Shown: positions 1-13,730, counted from the first letter of the whole stretch. The stretch is 58,488 nt of DNA, filler included, from Basidioascus undulatus (GCA_000826855.1; 4 parts of 4 records of this genome joined end to end with filler, not necessarily neighbours in it), one strand, 5' to 3'. Numbers and translations: made by a program. The notes: a model not told the origin generated them from the sequence alone.

Positions 1-2192
1 CAGTGCACCGCTGGAGGCGCGGCAGCTTGGGGGGCTCATTCGGGGTGTGAACATTGGAGGTTGGCTGCTTATGGAGTACGTCTTTCACCCACTACTCCTC
101 GTGCATTCTTATAAAACTGATCCTCGACTTCGGCGCCTCTTCTCAGGCCGTGGATCACCCCCTCGGTACGGCTTCCCGCCAGAGCACAGCGGGCGGGCAG
201 GTGTGACTAAAGCTCTGCTTCGCGTTGGGGAAAGGTCTTCGACGCCACGGGGAATGATGGGATCGTGGATGAGTGGACGTTTGGAGAATATCAGGACCGG
301 GGTGTCGCTGAGGTAAGTTGTCTTCGAAATGACCTGCTATGCTTGAGGGTGACTGACGTGGAAGGAATGCAGGCTGCGATCAATCAACATCTGTACTCCT
401 GTAAGCGCTGAATGGTATACGAAGCGGCTAAATATACGTTACTGAAGAAACGTACTTTCAACATGAAGTCTACAGCATCGACGACTTTTATGCGATCCGC
501 GACGCCGGGCTCACCCACGTCCGCAGTACGCCTGTGCAAGCTTCCTTCGTCATACGCGCGAGTCACTGACGCTTTGCAAGCAGTTCCGTTCCCCTATTGT
601 AACTTCTGGCGCTTCTTATCTTTCCGTCAGTGGGAAACATACTGACGCACGCTCAGGGGCCCTGGACACCTCCGCCGGCGAGCCGTACATCCCCGCTGCC
701 CGCTACAATCGGCTGAAGGACGCCGTCGGTTGGGCTCGCAATGTGAGTTTCAGAGTAGGGAGAAGAATGCGGCCGAGACTGATAGTTGTGCTTGCCAGGT
801 CGGCCTGAAAGTCTGGATCGACCTGCATGGCGTTCCTGGCTCGCAGAACGGGTTCGACAACAGGTGAGGTTTTGGGAGCCTGCTCATACACTTGAGTCTT
901 GCTGATGCTCAATTCGCCTCGCAGCGGTCGTCGTGGGGTGAGTTTGCTGAGACTAATTGAGATGTGGATTATGTGGCTCAGCGTTGCATCTACTAGGACA
1001 CCACCTGGCACACTCAAGAGTCGAACATTGCTCGTTCGCTCAATGTCATTGGCACTCTGGCCGATGAATTCTCTCACGTACGAAGCATGCTGCTCACGTC
1101 TCGAGGGTCAGGAGCGCCGCTGACGAGCGCACTCCATACAGTCTGTCTACGGCGGTGCAGTGGAGTGTACGTCCAAAGCAGGAGGCTGTCACATAGTTTC
1201 ATCGATACTGACACGTTCGAGCAGCCATCGAGCTCGTCAATGAGCCCGCCGGCTTCCGCGACCCGAACTGGGTCGTCCCCATCACGCGCAACTACTACGA
1301 GCGGGGCTACGGCGTGATCAACCAGCGGTTCGGGACGGTCATCGCAGACCTCTTCGAGCCCATCAGCAACTTCGAGGGCTTCATGACCTCGCCCGGCTAC
1401 GAGAACGTCTACCTCGATGCGCACCGCTACCAGGTCTTCAGCCCGCAGGAGCTCGCGCGCTCGGACCAGGAGCACTTCCAGGTGCGAGGCCAGGCTGTGT
1501 AGCGCGTTGGCACGGAAGCTGAGCGGGAAAGTTTGGGATACAGGTTGCCTGCCAGGAAGCCGGTGATTTCGCTTACCACAGCAACAACCAGCACTGGACC
1601 GTCGTTGGCGAGGTGAGCGTTTTCCCCGGTAAGTGAAGCTCGTGCCAGTCTAATCACTGTTCCTTTGCAGTGGACCCTCGCGAAGACGGACTGCGCCCGG
1701 TACTTGAACGGCCGCGGCATCGGCGTTCGCTGGGTCAGTGGCCGTACTGGCCCACCATTTGCTGCTCACTGCTAATCTTGTACTTCTGAACGTGCAGGAT
1801 GGAACGTATCCCGGCTCCTGGTACCAGGGCTCATGCGACGGCTACACCGGCAACGGTGACAACTTCAGCCAGGAGTACAAGAACTTCCTTCGTCAGTACT
1901 GGGAGGCGCAGACCAGCACGTACGAGCAGGGCCGTGGTTGGTTCTTGTGAGTCTCCCTGTCCTCTCTCCCCTCCTTCCACACGACTGACGTTCATCCGGA
2001 CCTTCTTACAGCTGGACCTGGAAGAACGAGGAGGCTGCCGAGGTCCGTCAATTTTCTCGAACGCCTCAACCAAGCACCAGGTTGCTGACTAGCTGTTGCT
2101 TGTGAGAACAGTGGAGCTACAGCCGCGGCCTCGAGCTCGGCTTCATCCCCCGTAACCCCGCGGAGCGCCAGTACCCGAACGTCTGTGGTTGA
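1..2192 (+). CDS. GH5 exo-beta-1,3-glucanase (Exg-like), 5' partial, many short introns
   Basis: Manual splicing gives [60 protein letters not shown], catalytic [21 protein letters not shown] (nucleophile) and FLRQYWEAQ. It ends YPNVCG-TGA at 2192. Confidence 0.95.
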
Positions 2193-2602
2193 GAAATCCG
2201 TACCCTGTTTCTTGCTTGCGGAAGAGTCCTTCGGCATGGACCAAAGCGTAATGTATCGATATTGCATGTAGCATGTGCCTCAGTTGCCTTTCATGACTGC
2301 TGGTATACCAACGCTTGCAGTTGAAGTCTGATGGTTATCTAGCCGCTATAGCCGGGCCACCCCAAAGTTCCGCGAGCTCTTCCAGCGCTGTAGAAGGACT
2401 CTTCCAAATCTGTAGCTGCGATGCAGGGCGGATCGACCTCACCGTGAGGCTGTTCGCATTTGTGAGTTGAATCGAAGGGCCTCGGACGCAGCGTGTGTGG
2501 CATAGCTCGCTGAGATGACTCAATGGTGAAACGGTAGGATTCGCAGGGAGTTGTAAAACTGAAACATCTTCAATATATTTATGATTTGAAACGAAGTAGA
2601 CT

Positions 2603-3480
2603 TCAGTCGTGGCTCCAAAAAACCATGGACAAGCATCGCGATCCAGCCTCTAGCCTGGCAACTGCTCTCCCCCTCACGGTCTTTCTCTCCCGTCCGCCTT
2701 CGTACGCTTGGTCAGGTTTCATCACCTCCTCAACATCCCGCCATCCCTTCTCTCGAACGTCCCCACGCGTGTACGGGTGCGTTGATGAACGCTCGTCAAA
2801 GAGGAGGTCGCGGTGGTGGCGCTCGACATCTGCTCGGTGTGGTGGCGATGAATCGTGGGACGGGTTGGAGGTGGTGGAGTCCAGGGGGGATTCGGGGGTG
2901 AAGAGGAAACCGAAGGAGAATGCGGAAGCGATTGTCGAGACGTATTGCCCGAGCGTCGGCGTCGCTGCGGACGGCATCCAGAGCGTGTCAGCATGGTCTG
3001 CGGAGGAGACATTTCTGCATCGCAAGGTAGATAAAGGGGACGTGCGGGCGGGTTGAGGCAGCATGCGCTTCCTGTGTGCAGCCCAAGCTGTGTCGACGTG
3101 TTGTGAGTAGGAGTGGGGTGCAAGGCTGGGGCCGAGAAAGCACGTACTCCCCATTGCCCGAGCACCCAACATTAGGTGGCCCGCGCGGACTGCGAGCTCA
3201 ATCACCTCGAACAGATGCAGGCCATCGGAGCGCTCTTATGCTGTCGTTCAGCTCGCGGATAGCGTGCACAAAGTCCTCCACGGCGTCGCGCTGCCGGTCG
3301 AAAACAGCGATATACTGTCGAGCAGGGCGAGATCTTCCAGTTGGACGTCCTTGAATATCTGTTCAAGGATTGGGTCGAGGGGCGTGGCGGGGTCCAGGAG
3401 GACGTTGACGTCCGGGGGATCGATGCGCAGCTTGTTCCACCCAGGGCTGACGACGTCCCAGCACGGCCAGAGGAACCAAG
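2603..3480 (-). pseudogene. possible degenerate gene of unknown family
   Basis: Coding-like stretches switch frame (LWPCWDVVSPGWNKLRIDPP...; DRQRDAVEDFVHAIREL...; HRADVERHHRDLLFDE...). No family motif was recognised. Confidence 0.25.
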
Positions 3481-4328
3481 CATCCCGACCGCCGAAGCGC
3501 TGCAGTCAGCGCGCTCCTCGTTCTGGTTGTCTTGTGTTGCGGCTCTGGCTGCGCCTGCGATTCCGGATTTGTACCAAAATTAGGATGAGTTTTAGGAGAA
3601 AGGAAAGGAGAAGTGAGAAAAGGAAGAAAAGTTGTGAGAAGGTGCGGAAACAGAAGGTCTTTGGCGCGCACTTGTCGAAGGGCTCTGCACACTGCAGGTT
3701 GACACCAGTCTTGGGGATGGAGGCAGTCGGCAACCAACAGCGGCATCTTGCCGGCCGGTAATACGTGAAGTCTTTTCCAAGAATGGCTGCCTCCATAACC
3801 GTAGGACTGTACAACCTATAGGTGAGGCGCAAGCTCAGAAAATGTACAGCTGCGCGTTTCACAGGGTTGACGCTGATGCTATTCATCAAGTTCTGGCTGT
3901 CGATGGAGAAAATGCTTTGCTAGTATCTGTTTAAACCAGCTTATACAGAGCTCCATGAAGTGCTGGAGAGCTTGCGACGGCCTATCTGGAGGATCCAGGT
4001 ACACTTAAGCGTTTGAAGGCAGCAATACCAACGCGGCAACGGATTCGGACCGTCACTGTTTTAGCTAGGATGAGTTGTGTGGGAAACTTGAACTTTATTC
4101 TAAAGTCTCACTGGGAAGAATAAAGAACGGCAGGACGATCGTGTAGCCTAAAGTGGACTTACAACGTCTGCTACAGCCCGCGACGGTTTACCGGACTGAA
4201 GCGTCAGACCACGGACATTTACCTACCTACCGTCCTGTCCCAGACCTGCCTTCAAAAGGAATGAAAAATATGTGGGGAAGAGGAAGACAGTAGTGGGCCG
4301 GCTGGAACTGGGAGCGAGCGTGTAAGCG

Positions 4329-6094
4329 TCAAGACTGCAGAAGGTCGAAATCGTGACATGACATTGCAACTACTATCCAACCGCATACAAGCCCATCCAA
4401 ACCCACTCCCCGCCAATCACCTTTATCGCCCATTCCCTTCCCCTCATCCCAACGTGAGCTCCGCATGTCCCGCCCCTGTCCTCGCTTCGACCGTCCCCTC
4501 TCCTTCCCGCCCTCTCCATCTCCATCTCCCTCTCCGTAGATCCACATCTCCTCCCCGCCCACACCTTCCCCTCCTCCTCCCTCCTCCTCCCCGTCATCCC
4601 ACAGTTGCTCGTCCTCCTCCGAGGGCGCGAGGCTCCAGATGGATGCGGGCGACTGTGCGGGCGAGGAGAAGTACGCGTTTGAGGCTGGGCTGAGGGGTTG
4701 GAAGGACGGTGAGGATGGGGAGGGGGAGAGAAAGATGTTTGGGCTGGGAGGGGCGGCAGGGGGCGACGAGGTGTGTGAGGGGAGGAGGATGTCTTCCTCC
4801 TCGGCGGGCGCGAGGGTGGCGGAGGTAGGAACGGGAGCGTTGGGGGCGCCGGGGGAAGGGGAGGCGGTTGCGAGCTGCAAGGAGGAAGAGGATCAGTCTG
4901 GAGAGAAACAGATGTGGTGGGAGAGGATGGACCGAGGAACCTCACGCACCTGCAGCTGCCCCGGCCTCACCAGCATCCGATCCAGCTTAAAGATCGCCTC
5001 CCGCAGCACTCTTTTAAACCTATCTTGCTCCTCCTCGGCCCCTTCCTCCTCTTCCCCACCTCCTCCATCTTCCTCATCCTCGTCCCCCACAGCCCGCCGC
5101 AACGAGCAAAACGCCCTCCCGCCCGCGCGCTTGGTGCTCCTGTTCGGCGAGCGCGCGAAGATGCGGGCGAGGGAGGAGGTGAGGGTGGGAATGTGTCGGG
5201 CTTGGGATTGGAGGCGCTGTCGGGGAGGGGATGGGTGAGTTGTTTGGGAGAGACAGGAGCAGTGAGGGAGGTACGGTGAGGTGGGGGCTGTGGAAGATTA
5301 GGGGGTAACGCCTGGACGCAGCGAGGTTTCAGCCTGCTCCGCTGAGAGGATAAAAAATAGACCCACCTCGCCAAATGCGTTTGTAAAAAATAATGTACCC
5401 CGGCCCGCACAGTCTCCTCATAAGGGAGGTACAGCGCCTGGTCGCCGAGCTCCTTCCCCAGCTCCGGCTCCTCCTCCCCCGCATCTTTCGCCTTCTTCTT
5501 CTTCTTGGCGACTCTCGCCCGACCCCAGACGAGCTCGACGGCTATACTCTGGAGGTGCGCGACTGGGCGGGAGGCGGGGATGAGGCCTGGGGGCGGGAGC
5601 GGGTGGGCGAGGAGGAGGCGCACTGTCCGGGTCAGGAGTGGGGTTTCAGCACGCAGCGGGGATGGGGAGGTCTCGAGAACGCACGGGTTGCATGGGTGTT
5701 CTCCTGCACGGGAGGGACGAGAGTGCATGATTCCAGTGCGAGCGCGTTGAGGTTCTGCGTTTCCCCTCAAGCATCAGCGTACCACGACCGTCCACAGCTT
5801 ATCAGCAACGCACCGCCTGAACGCCCGCAATCCACGCCCTCCCCACCCCACTGCGCGCCCACTCTCCCGCCGGCATGCGCTGCCCCTCCACAGTTTGGCC
5901 GAAGCTCAGGGCCACCTGTCCGGAGGGGAGGAGGACGTCGTAGTCCCCCGCACCCGAGTCGTCGTCGGAGGAGGCGGCGGGGAGGAGCAGCGTGTGCGTG
6001 ACGCGGATGCTCAGGGGGTGGGGCGGCGGGGAGGTGGGGCGGATGTACTTCGTTGTGGTTTTTGAGTAGTTTCGAGTGGGCGGGGGAGGCATGG
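4329..6094 (-). CDS. hypothetical protein, multi-exon, acidic and Pro/Ser-rich
   Basis: ATG near 6094 (MPPPPTRNYSK...). GT-AG introns join exons reading IAVELVWGRAR..LYLPYEETVR, RFKRVLREAIFKLDRML and GWIVVAMSCHDFDLLQS*. Confidence 0.6.
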
Positions 6095-6628
6095 CGGCTG
6101 GAAGAGGGGAGGTGTCGGTGGTGGTGGTGCGGGTGAAAGAGTGAATGCGCTGCAGGCTGCCGCGTTTTCTTCACGCTGCAACCGCTTTCATTCGCTCGCT
6201 CTCACTCCCACCTCTCCCTCGTTAGCTGGCTTAAAAGTATGCAAGTGAATTAATTTGACGCGCAATAAGTAAAAGACGTCCACCATTGGTCGCGGTACGG
6301 TCCCCATTTCTACTTCAGGCTGGCGTTACATCTCCCTTCTCGCTTATGCACTCGGGCTCCTATCAACACATCCCGCTCAATCACACTCCCCACAATTTCA
6401 ATAACACAAAAGCAAAGCAGAGAACGAGTGGGTATATGCAGCTGCTCCTCCGCCACCAAAGCAAAAATCAGGTACAGAAAACCAGGGGATGCGTACGTGT
6501 GAGTGAATCAACAAATGCGAGTGTACAAGAATCTCCGAGTCCCAGATGTGTACAGTACTAAAGCGATGCAAGCGTAAACATGCAAGGAGAAACGATAATG
6601 AACCCAAAGAAAATCGTCCGTGACCCCA

Positions 6629-7190
6629 TCAAACAGCAACCCCGCCCTCCCGCTCACGCTGGCGCTCGCGGCGCCTGGGCGTCTTGTCCGTGTCCTTCTC
6701 GTCCTCCTTCTCCTTCGCAGCAGCGGCCTTCGACGAGGCGGCGGCGTGAGAGGCGGATGGTGGGATGGACCGATCGCTGAACTTGAGGAGCTGGTAGAGG
6801 GAGGAGATCTGGTCGGCCTGGTGCACCGTTCCCCGCGCGCACGTTAGTCTGGAAGGCGAAGGTGAAGGCGTGGGAGGGAAGAGGGAACGCGCGCCCACCT
6901 TCTTCTCGAGCACATCAATCACCTCCCTCAAATGGCCCGCCAGCACGCGCCGCTTCCCGGCGGCACTAGCGGGGTCCATAAGCCTGTACTGCTCCGCCAG
7001 CTCCGTGTAGATCCTGTCCCACCCTTCCCCAAATCAGCATCCCTCCTTCCCCTCTCTCCCTCTCCCCCTTGTCCCCGAACGAGACGTACCCCTTATACCG
7101 CCCGAAATCATCCTCCAACTCCCTAACGACGCGTGCGAGGACCGTCTGCGGAGGGACCTTCGTCTCCCACCCCTTCTCCGTCCCCCACCC
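6629..7190 (-). pseudogene. 3' fragment of a Cep57/Ppc89-like spindle-pole-body protein (Cep57 microtubule-binding domain)
   Basis: Spliced product VPPQTVLARVVRELEDDFGRYKG/IYTELAEQYRLMDPASAAGKRRVLAGHLREVIDVLEKK/ADQISSLYQLL matches my recollection of the fungal Cep57_MT_bd C-terminus. No 5' part is present. Confidence 0.75.
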
Positions 7191-7663
7191 CCGCGCTCGC
7201 CCACCGCCGCACACTCCTCGGGCACCACTGCGCCGTCTCCTCAGTCGCAGTCCGGTCGGACCGGTGTGTCTCGGGCGGGTCCGACGGGCGCGTGAAAGTG
7301 TGGAGCCTCTTTCCCGCTCCTCCGCCCTCTCCTTCGCCCTCGTCCTCTTCCTCTTCCTCCGGCCTCTTCCCCTCTCCCTCCATCCAAGACGATGATCCAC
7401 CAGCAGAGGAGGGCATCACCCTCACGCTCTCCCTCCGCCGCGCTACGCTCCCCCCGCCCCCCTCGCCCGCGAGCTTCGGCGCGCTCGCGCCCGTGCGGGA
7501 AGCGCGGGAAGCGGAACGGGATGGGGAAGGGGAAGGGGATGGGGAGGCGGGAGAGAGGAAGCGGCGGCCGATCAGTTATCTCGCGTTCGACGAGGATAAG
7601 ATTGTGAGTGTTTGCGAGAGGGGCAGGGAGGAGAGAGTGAGCGTTTGGAGGTTCGATCAGTGA
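7190..7663 (+). pseudogene. 3' fragment of a WD40-repeat protein (possibly F-box/WD40)
   Basis: RTLLGHHCAVSSVAVRSDRCVSGGSDGRVKVWS is a clear WD40 repeat, followed by ISYLAFDEDKIVSV...VSVWRFDQ*. No upstream repeats or start codon. Confidence 0.75.
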
Positions 7664-9191
7664 GGGGGCGGAGAGGCAGGGAGGCAAGGGAGGACGGGAG
7701 AGGGTTGGTGGCTTGGATGCCTGTTTGCTTGGCCTGATTGTTGTTTGTTGTACCCACGCTATCGGATGACTCGGGATCGCGGCGTTGTGTGTGACGCAGG
7801 GTTCCGGGTGTGGGCTGCACAGCTGATGAGTGGAAGCCAGCCAGTGGATGCGGGCACACAGCCAACTTAAAGCGTCCAAGTGCCAATTAAGCGCGCACGT
7901 TATGGCCAGACGTTTGAAGTCCACGCGCGACCGTTCTTGCCGCACTGCAGCACACAACTCGCTATGCGATGTAAAGCAGAATGGAATGAGTCCAGCGCCT
8001 CCACCGACGACGACTGCATGCTTCGCATCGATCCACACAGGCGATTTCCTTCCCTACCTACAAATCACGATTAGATGCATCCAAGAAATCAGCAAGTGAC
8101 GCAAGAAAAGTGAATGAGGGAGACATGTCCGCTGCGAGCAGGGCGCTCTCGCCGTAGGACAGGTCGCGAGGACGTCGAGGCCGCTGGGAATAGTAATTGG
8201 CGAAGGGAAGAGGAGTAGACGTGAGGCTGGTTCGACGTTCGTCGACGTTCGTCGACGATGGGAAGATGCATGGCGGAGAAGAGATGACTGGGAGGGACTG
8301 CGGTGGACTGCTTGCCGAGCGGAGAAATAGGCGCTAAGAGAGATAGAGGAATGCATGCCTCTCTGGTCCCTTGTAAGACTATTTTGAAGTGTAATTGCAG
8401 TCCTCCAGCGGCCGAAGGAGCGTGTAGGCGATAGGTGCTGCCTGCGATGGGGACCTGCAGTCCTCGTTTCAGGTTTGTGGTCAACTCCTGGGCGATCAAG
8501 ATGAACGATGAGGTCGGAAGCAACCGCACGCGAGCAGTTTCTCGTCGAGCGCTAGCTTTAGATGGCGGGGCGAGTGGGTCACGCTGAAACCTCTTCAGTA
8601 TCAAGCGAAACTCAAGCATAAGCATCTTTCAGGCATCAATGTGGCGTGGCCACCATGCTCGTCGATCAGGGCTGAAAGGGGGCAGGCGGGCCGGCACACA
8701 ATGAAGCGAAGAACGACGCTGCGCTCCGTCAGCTGACTGCGGACGGGATTATTATTGAGATCAGTTTCAAGGGTGAGGGCGTTGTAGTCGTTGAGGTTGG
8801 CTTTGGAGCTGATGGTGGCACGCTCAAATTCAGGAGCGAAGTACTGATCGGGCGCTGACGAGAAGGAGGCTGCTCTCACGTCGGACGCCGGCCGCGGAGC
8901 TTCCTACCACAAGCCTGCACGGCGCGACGGCCAAAGCGCTTTTCACGCTGAACAGCGGCATCAGCCCCTGTGTGTGCTGCTTAAATACGTAAAGGACATG
9001 AGACGCGTGCGAGAGCGATGCGAGCAAAGCGGAACGTTGCATGAAAATGTGAAGGACGTGACAGTATGATACTCCTTCCCCTTTATCTGTGAGGGGCTTC
9101 CGAAGTAGGAGAACACGGCTAGTAGAGAGCTAACACAGGTGCACGGGACAGCGACAAAATAGAGGGAATGGAAAGCGCGAAAGATACAGGT

Positions 9192-11804
9192 TTAGCCCTC
9201 CGGCGCCCTCTTCGGCAAGAACGCCCAAACGGTCCCCCATATAGCAAGCGCGGTGCTGACCAGCACGAGCACGGCGTCAATGACGCGGACGCGGCGACGG
9301 ATGGCCATGTGGAACAGGAGGGGAGCGATGACGGCGATGGTGAACGCTGCGAAAGCTGTTTGAAAGGTACCCCATCTCCTCATCAGCATCTGCACAGAAA
9401 ACACAGCACCCTCCCAGCAGACGATAAACACCAACGCACCTCCCAAGAACCCCATGACCTTGTCAAACGCCGGGACGAGCACGGCGACTGCGAGGCTCGC
9501 AGCAGCGAGGAGGACGCGCACGCCAACGCGTGCGCAGCGCTTGCGGCTCTCCCTGCGGCCCCACGCGGCAACCTGCGCGACGCCGCCGCCAGCGCCGTTG
9601 CAGTCCTTCGTGGGGGCAGAGTCGGCAGGGAAGGGCTGCAGGCCGAGGAGGATCTCGGCGGTCGTGCTCAGCGGGCGCGTCGAGAGCGCGAACTTCGTGA
9701 GCGGGTTCATGATGAGCGCGATGGAGGCGATGGTGAGGAGCGCGTGCGGATAGGGCGACGGATGGATGGCGGTTAGGTTCTGGGTGATCTGCTTGTTTGG
9801 GGAAAGGTGAGTCTCTCGTGTGCGTTGCGGGGACGACGGAAAGTGAGAGGACGTGCCTCGGGTGCGGCTTGGGACCCGAACATCAGGTAGCCGCAGATGG
9901 CCATGCCGAGGTAGATGACACAAGTAATGATCTGTTGCAATCGGGTGCATGCCTGTCAGTTCTTGACCGTCTCAGGAGGCAGGAATGTCAACGCACGTAA
10001 GCCAGATCGATCATCCGCCCAAATTTCTCGGGCTCGCGCATATCCCTCGCCAAGCTCGGGACGACCGCGTGCCCCGAGAATCCAGCCATGATGAGTCCGA
10101 CCGCACCGCCCCAGCCCCAGACGCCCGCATACCCGGTCAGGCGCGTGGGTGCGGGCTCCCACAGGCTGCCGGGGGCGTGGCGGTTGAGGGCGCCGCAGAG
10201 GATGACGACGAGGAGGAGCGCGATAGTCGAGAGGCCGCCGAGGAGGGAGGTGATGGAGAGGTAGTGTAGGGGGAGGGGGAGGGTAGGGAGGATGCTGTAG
10301 CGGTGGAGCGGGGATGTCAGCGTGGGAAGGTGGAGTAGGCAAGGGGCTCGAGCAATCACTGACATGAGGAAGCCAATGACTTTGAGAAGGGCGGGAGGGA
10401 GAGCATGGGAAGGGCCAAGGAACCCTGCGAGCGAGTCGCCGAAGAGGATGAGGAGGGCAACGCTGCGTACGTCCACGCTATTGCGTCAGTACAAGGACAT
10501 GCGAGGCATCACAGACGACAGACCGACCTCAACAAGAACAACTCCACACAGAAAATGAAGCTCGTGATCGCCCGGGCTTTCGGGCCGAATGCACGCACGC
10601 CCACATCCGCGTACGTGTAGAGCGCGGGGTCGGAGGTGACTATGGAGGCCAGGATCTTGGCGCTGCAGACAGGGAAGTTAAAGCACGTTCAGTTTCGCAT
10701 AGGCGACTCGAGACACTGAGTACTCACGTATAGTTGGTAACGAGGCCCATGAAGATGAAGAGGCTCAGTCCGCCTATCCAGCCTGCGAGCGAGAAGGCCA
10801 ATGGCAGCGACAGGATGCCGACGCCGACGAGGACGCCGACAGTGTTGAAGAGCTGGCATACGAGCGGTCCCCCAATCAATACACTCACACCTTGTGGATT
10901 ATTCTTAATAGAGGAACGCACTGTTTGCCCGAACGTCGACCTGCCCCTCACGCGCACAATCGTGCGCCCGCTACGCGCGCTGCTGCGTCTTCTCGGCAGC
11001 GCCTGTGGTCGCTCGGGCGGCGGGCTGGGCACGAGGAGGGGCGTATGCTCATCGACGACCTTCTTCGGGCTGGGACTGAGGAGCATGCTCGGCGGCCTGC
11101 TCGTCGGCGGGCTAGTCCCCCTGCTCATAGGTCGGCTGCTCCTGCTCCGACTGCGCCCCCGCTCCGGCTCGAACTCGACGCGCAGCCGCCCTCGGCCGGG
11201 CGACTCGTCGTCCCATTCTCCGCCTAGGAGCTCGGCAGGCTCTCCTTCGCCCTCCTCCGACCAGTCCGAGAAGACGTCCTCTTCGTCCGACTCGGCTGTG
11301 GAGGAGTGGGGCTCGGGCGCGCTGGGCGGAGAGGAAGAGTGTAGATAAGGGTGCCGGTGTACGAAGGAGGGAGAGGAGGGGAGGTTTGAGCCGAAGAATG
11401 TTTGAGATCGAGAGTCTGTATTGAGGGAGATTGGAGATGAGCTCTTGGACCGGGCGTGATAGGCGCTTGTGATAGACGTTGAGATGAGCGCTGAAACGCA
11501 GCGCGACCGCAAGTCGCCCTCATCCTCCTCGGTAAGAAGAGCGCCTGTGACCATCTCTATGCATTTCAGACGCCCTCCGAGCGCTTTGAGACGTCCTGCT
11601 CGCCCTTGACGGATGAAGCCCCACCTCCTTCCTCCGCTCCGTTCCTGCGCTCCACTGCCCTCGAACCGCACCGCTATCGCACATGTCAGGGAATGACTCA
11701 CAGCTGAACACGATGTCCAAGCTACTCTGCAGCACTCCTCCCTCGTTCTGCTGCTCCCTCGCTTCCCAGCGCTCGTGCGCGATGGGGATGCTCGGACGGG
11801 GCAT
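9192..11804 (-). CDS. vacuolar amino-acid transporter, AVT1-like (Aa_trans/AAAP family)
   Basis: STFGQT/LFNTVGVLVGVGILSLPLAFSLAGWIGG, TNYTAKILA, YTYADVG, GLIMAGFSGHAVVPSLARDM, NPLTKFAL and VPAFDKVMGFLG. Start MPRPSIPI at 11804 splices over a ~280-nt intron to give LDIVFSYSRSQTFFGSNL. Confidence 0.92.
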
Positions 11805-13730
11805 CTAGCGCTGGGTCGAGCGGTGGTCGACGAGCTTATCAGTGCTCGTGTGTCGGCTTCGTTGGCGGGGACGAGCGGGTCGCTTATGGAGTAGGGCAGG
11901 GGAGGGGATTTCGGAGTATAATAATGGGCGAGGTATACTGGCTGGATCAATGTGTAAAAGGTGGTGCTGGGCAGAGGAAGAAGTTGCAGAGCTTGGGAAG
12001 CATAGGAAGACCAGGCAAGCGAGAGACTGAGTGCACGGTCACGTGCCTCTAATCGTAGGCCTGCAAGAACATCCTGAGGACAAGGCCAGGAACAGTCTTC
12101 GTCGGGCGCCTCTTCGACATGCAGTTTAGGGCTCAAGCAGATTTTACAATGTAGACTTTAACAGTCCTTTCTTTCAGCCAAAGTCTTGAGGCACCTTGAC
12201 CAACGTCGAAGGCTGGGATGAATAAATAATGCAACGAACGTCATGACAGGCTAAGGAAGACGGGCCTCACTTATCTCCAGCCAATGGTAGCCCAAGAACT
12301 TGTCTCGATCGTTGACGACCGCAGTACTACTTAACTAATGTCGACGAGAAGACGCGAAGAGACTGGCAAATGAATGTATAGGTAGAAATTTTTCATTTGT
12401 CCGGCTTTACAAATCACTTGATACGCATGCCCATTCAGGCCCACCCGCGGGTATCCTGTAACAACCTGAGGCAGCAGCAGGTAATGTCTATCCGGCGGGG
12501 TCGTTCGCCGCAGAGGAAGTTGCTTGCTGGCCCGATGAACCAACTCCGTAGCTTTGGTTTCCTTCTCTCACACGAGTTGGTTCCTCCATCCGAGCACTTT
12601 GAAGGGTCGCTAGTCTCGTCCACTTGAGCAGGTCGCGGACGCGCCGCAACCTTTGGCAGGGCCTTTGTCACTCTCGGTAGACCTTCGGCGCTCTCGCACA
12701 CGGACACAGAACGCACCGATCGAGTTCTAGAGCGTGAGTACTGGCCCGGCTCAGCCTGAATACACTCCAGAAGCATTAAGATTGCATACACTACAACTGG
12801 GTTATGAAAGTCAACCGAAGATGAACTGACAGTAGGCCGCTATCATGAGCAGCAATATTGGTGCTTAGAGGGAGACAGGTGATTTGCCCATCCATGGATA
12901 ACTTTGCGTGCAGGAGGAGCGAAGTGGCGACACTGTTTGCCCAGCAGCCCAACAAGATACGAAGGGCACTGATACTTTCCTTCCCTCCGACGTCGGCACT
13001 CACGATGACCCTCGGGGCTTATGAAGCTTGCTCCAAGGTTCAATGGGCGTCCTCTCGTTTGATGAATCCATCGACGATCCTGTTTGTAGTTTATTCTGCA
13101 CCCGGTCGAAGAAATACCGTGTTTGCGCGACTTAGCCCCGTTGCTCCGCTTCCGCCTCCATCCGTCTCCCGTTGTGCCGTAAACGACATCCGCTGTTTGC
13201 CTCAACCGGCCAATCTTTCTGTCTAGGCACAAATTCCCGAGGTCCATCGCTCTTCGGTTCGGACCTGCCCTCAATGAAAAGCGATCTGTACCTTGGCTGA
13301 CAAAGCTATCTAACAGTAGGACTGCCAACTCTTGCCGTCCGCTTTCACTGGCACTCTCGCAGGACTGCGTGCGAACCGAGTGCACTGTGATGGCCGTGGA
13401 ATACGGGCTTATCAGGCTCCACAGTGGACTCGGCCGCTCTGAAACCCCCGAACTTATGTTCAAATTACGGAAGCCCAAGGAAAGTTGACCACGACCCGCT
13501 GAGCCGGTTTGGCGGGCTGCAGCCCACCAGAGAACGCCGCCGAAGCTCCCATATCAAGGCGACACACCGCCCCCTTTACACGTTTTTTTCCCTCCCCGTC
13601 GACTTTAGCTTCACCTCGTTTCAACTCTACCCAGTGCTTCTGTTTTTTCATATTCTCTCCACCCTCTCTTGCGCACCCACGTACCCCACACAACCACCCT
13701 CGAACCTCCTTTCGAAGACACAGTCGCGCA

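Noticed and set aside
8231..8258. Short tandem repeat of TCGACGTTCG (about 2.5 copies)
   Set aside because: It is a simple local duplication with no spacers, not CRISPR-like.
8050..9050. Minus-strand ORFs 8089-8625 and 8601-8879
   Set aside because: No motif or consistent splice model. They may be a relic but I cannot support a call.
10724..12136. 470-aa ORF as the N-terminus of the transporter
   Set aside because: It reads through upstream DNA and introns. The spliced model from ATG 11804 gives a more plausible product.
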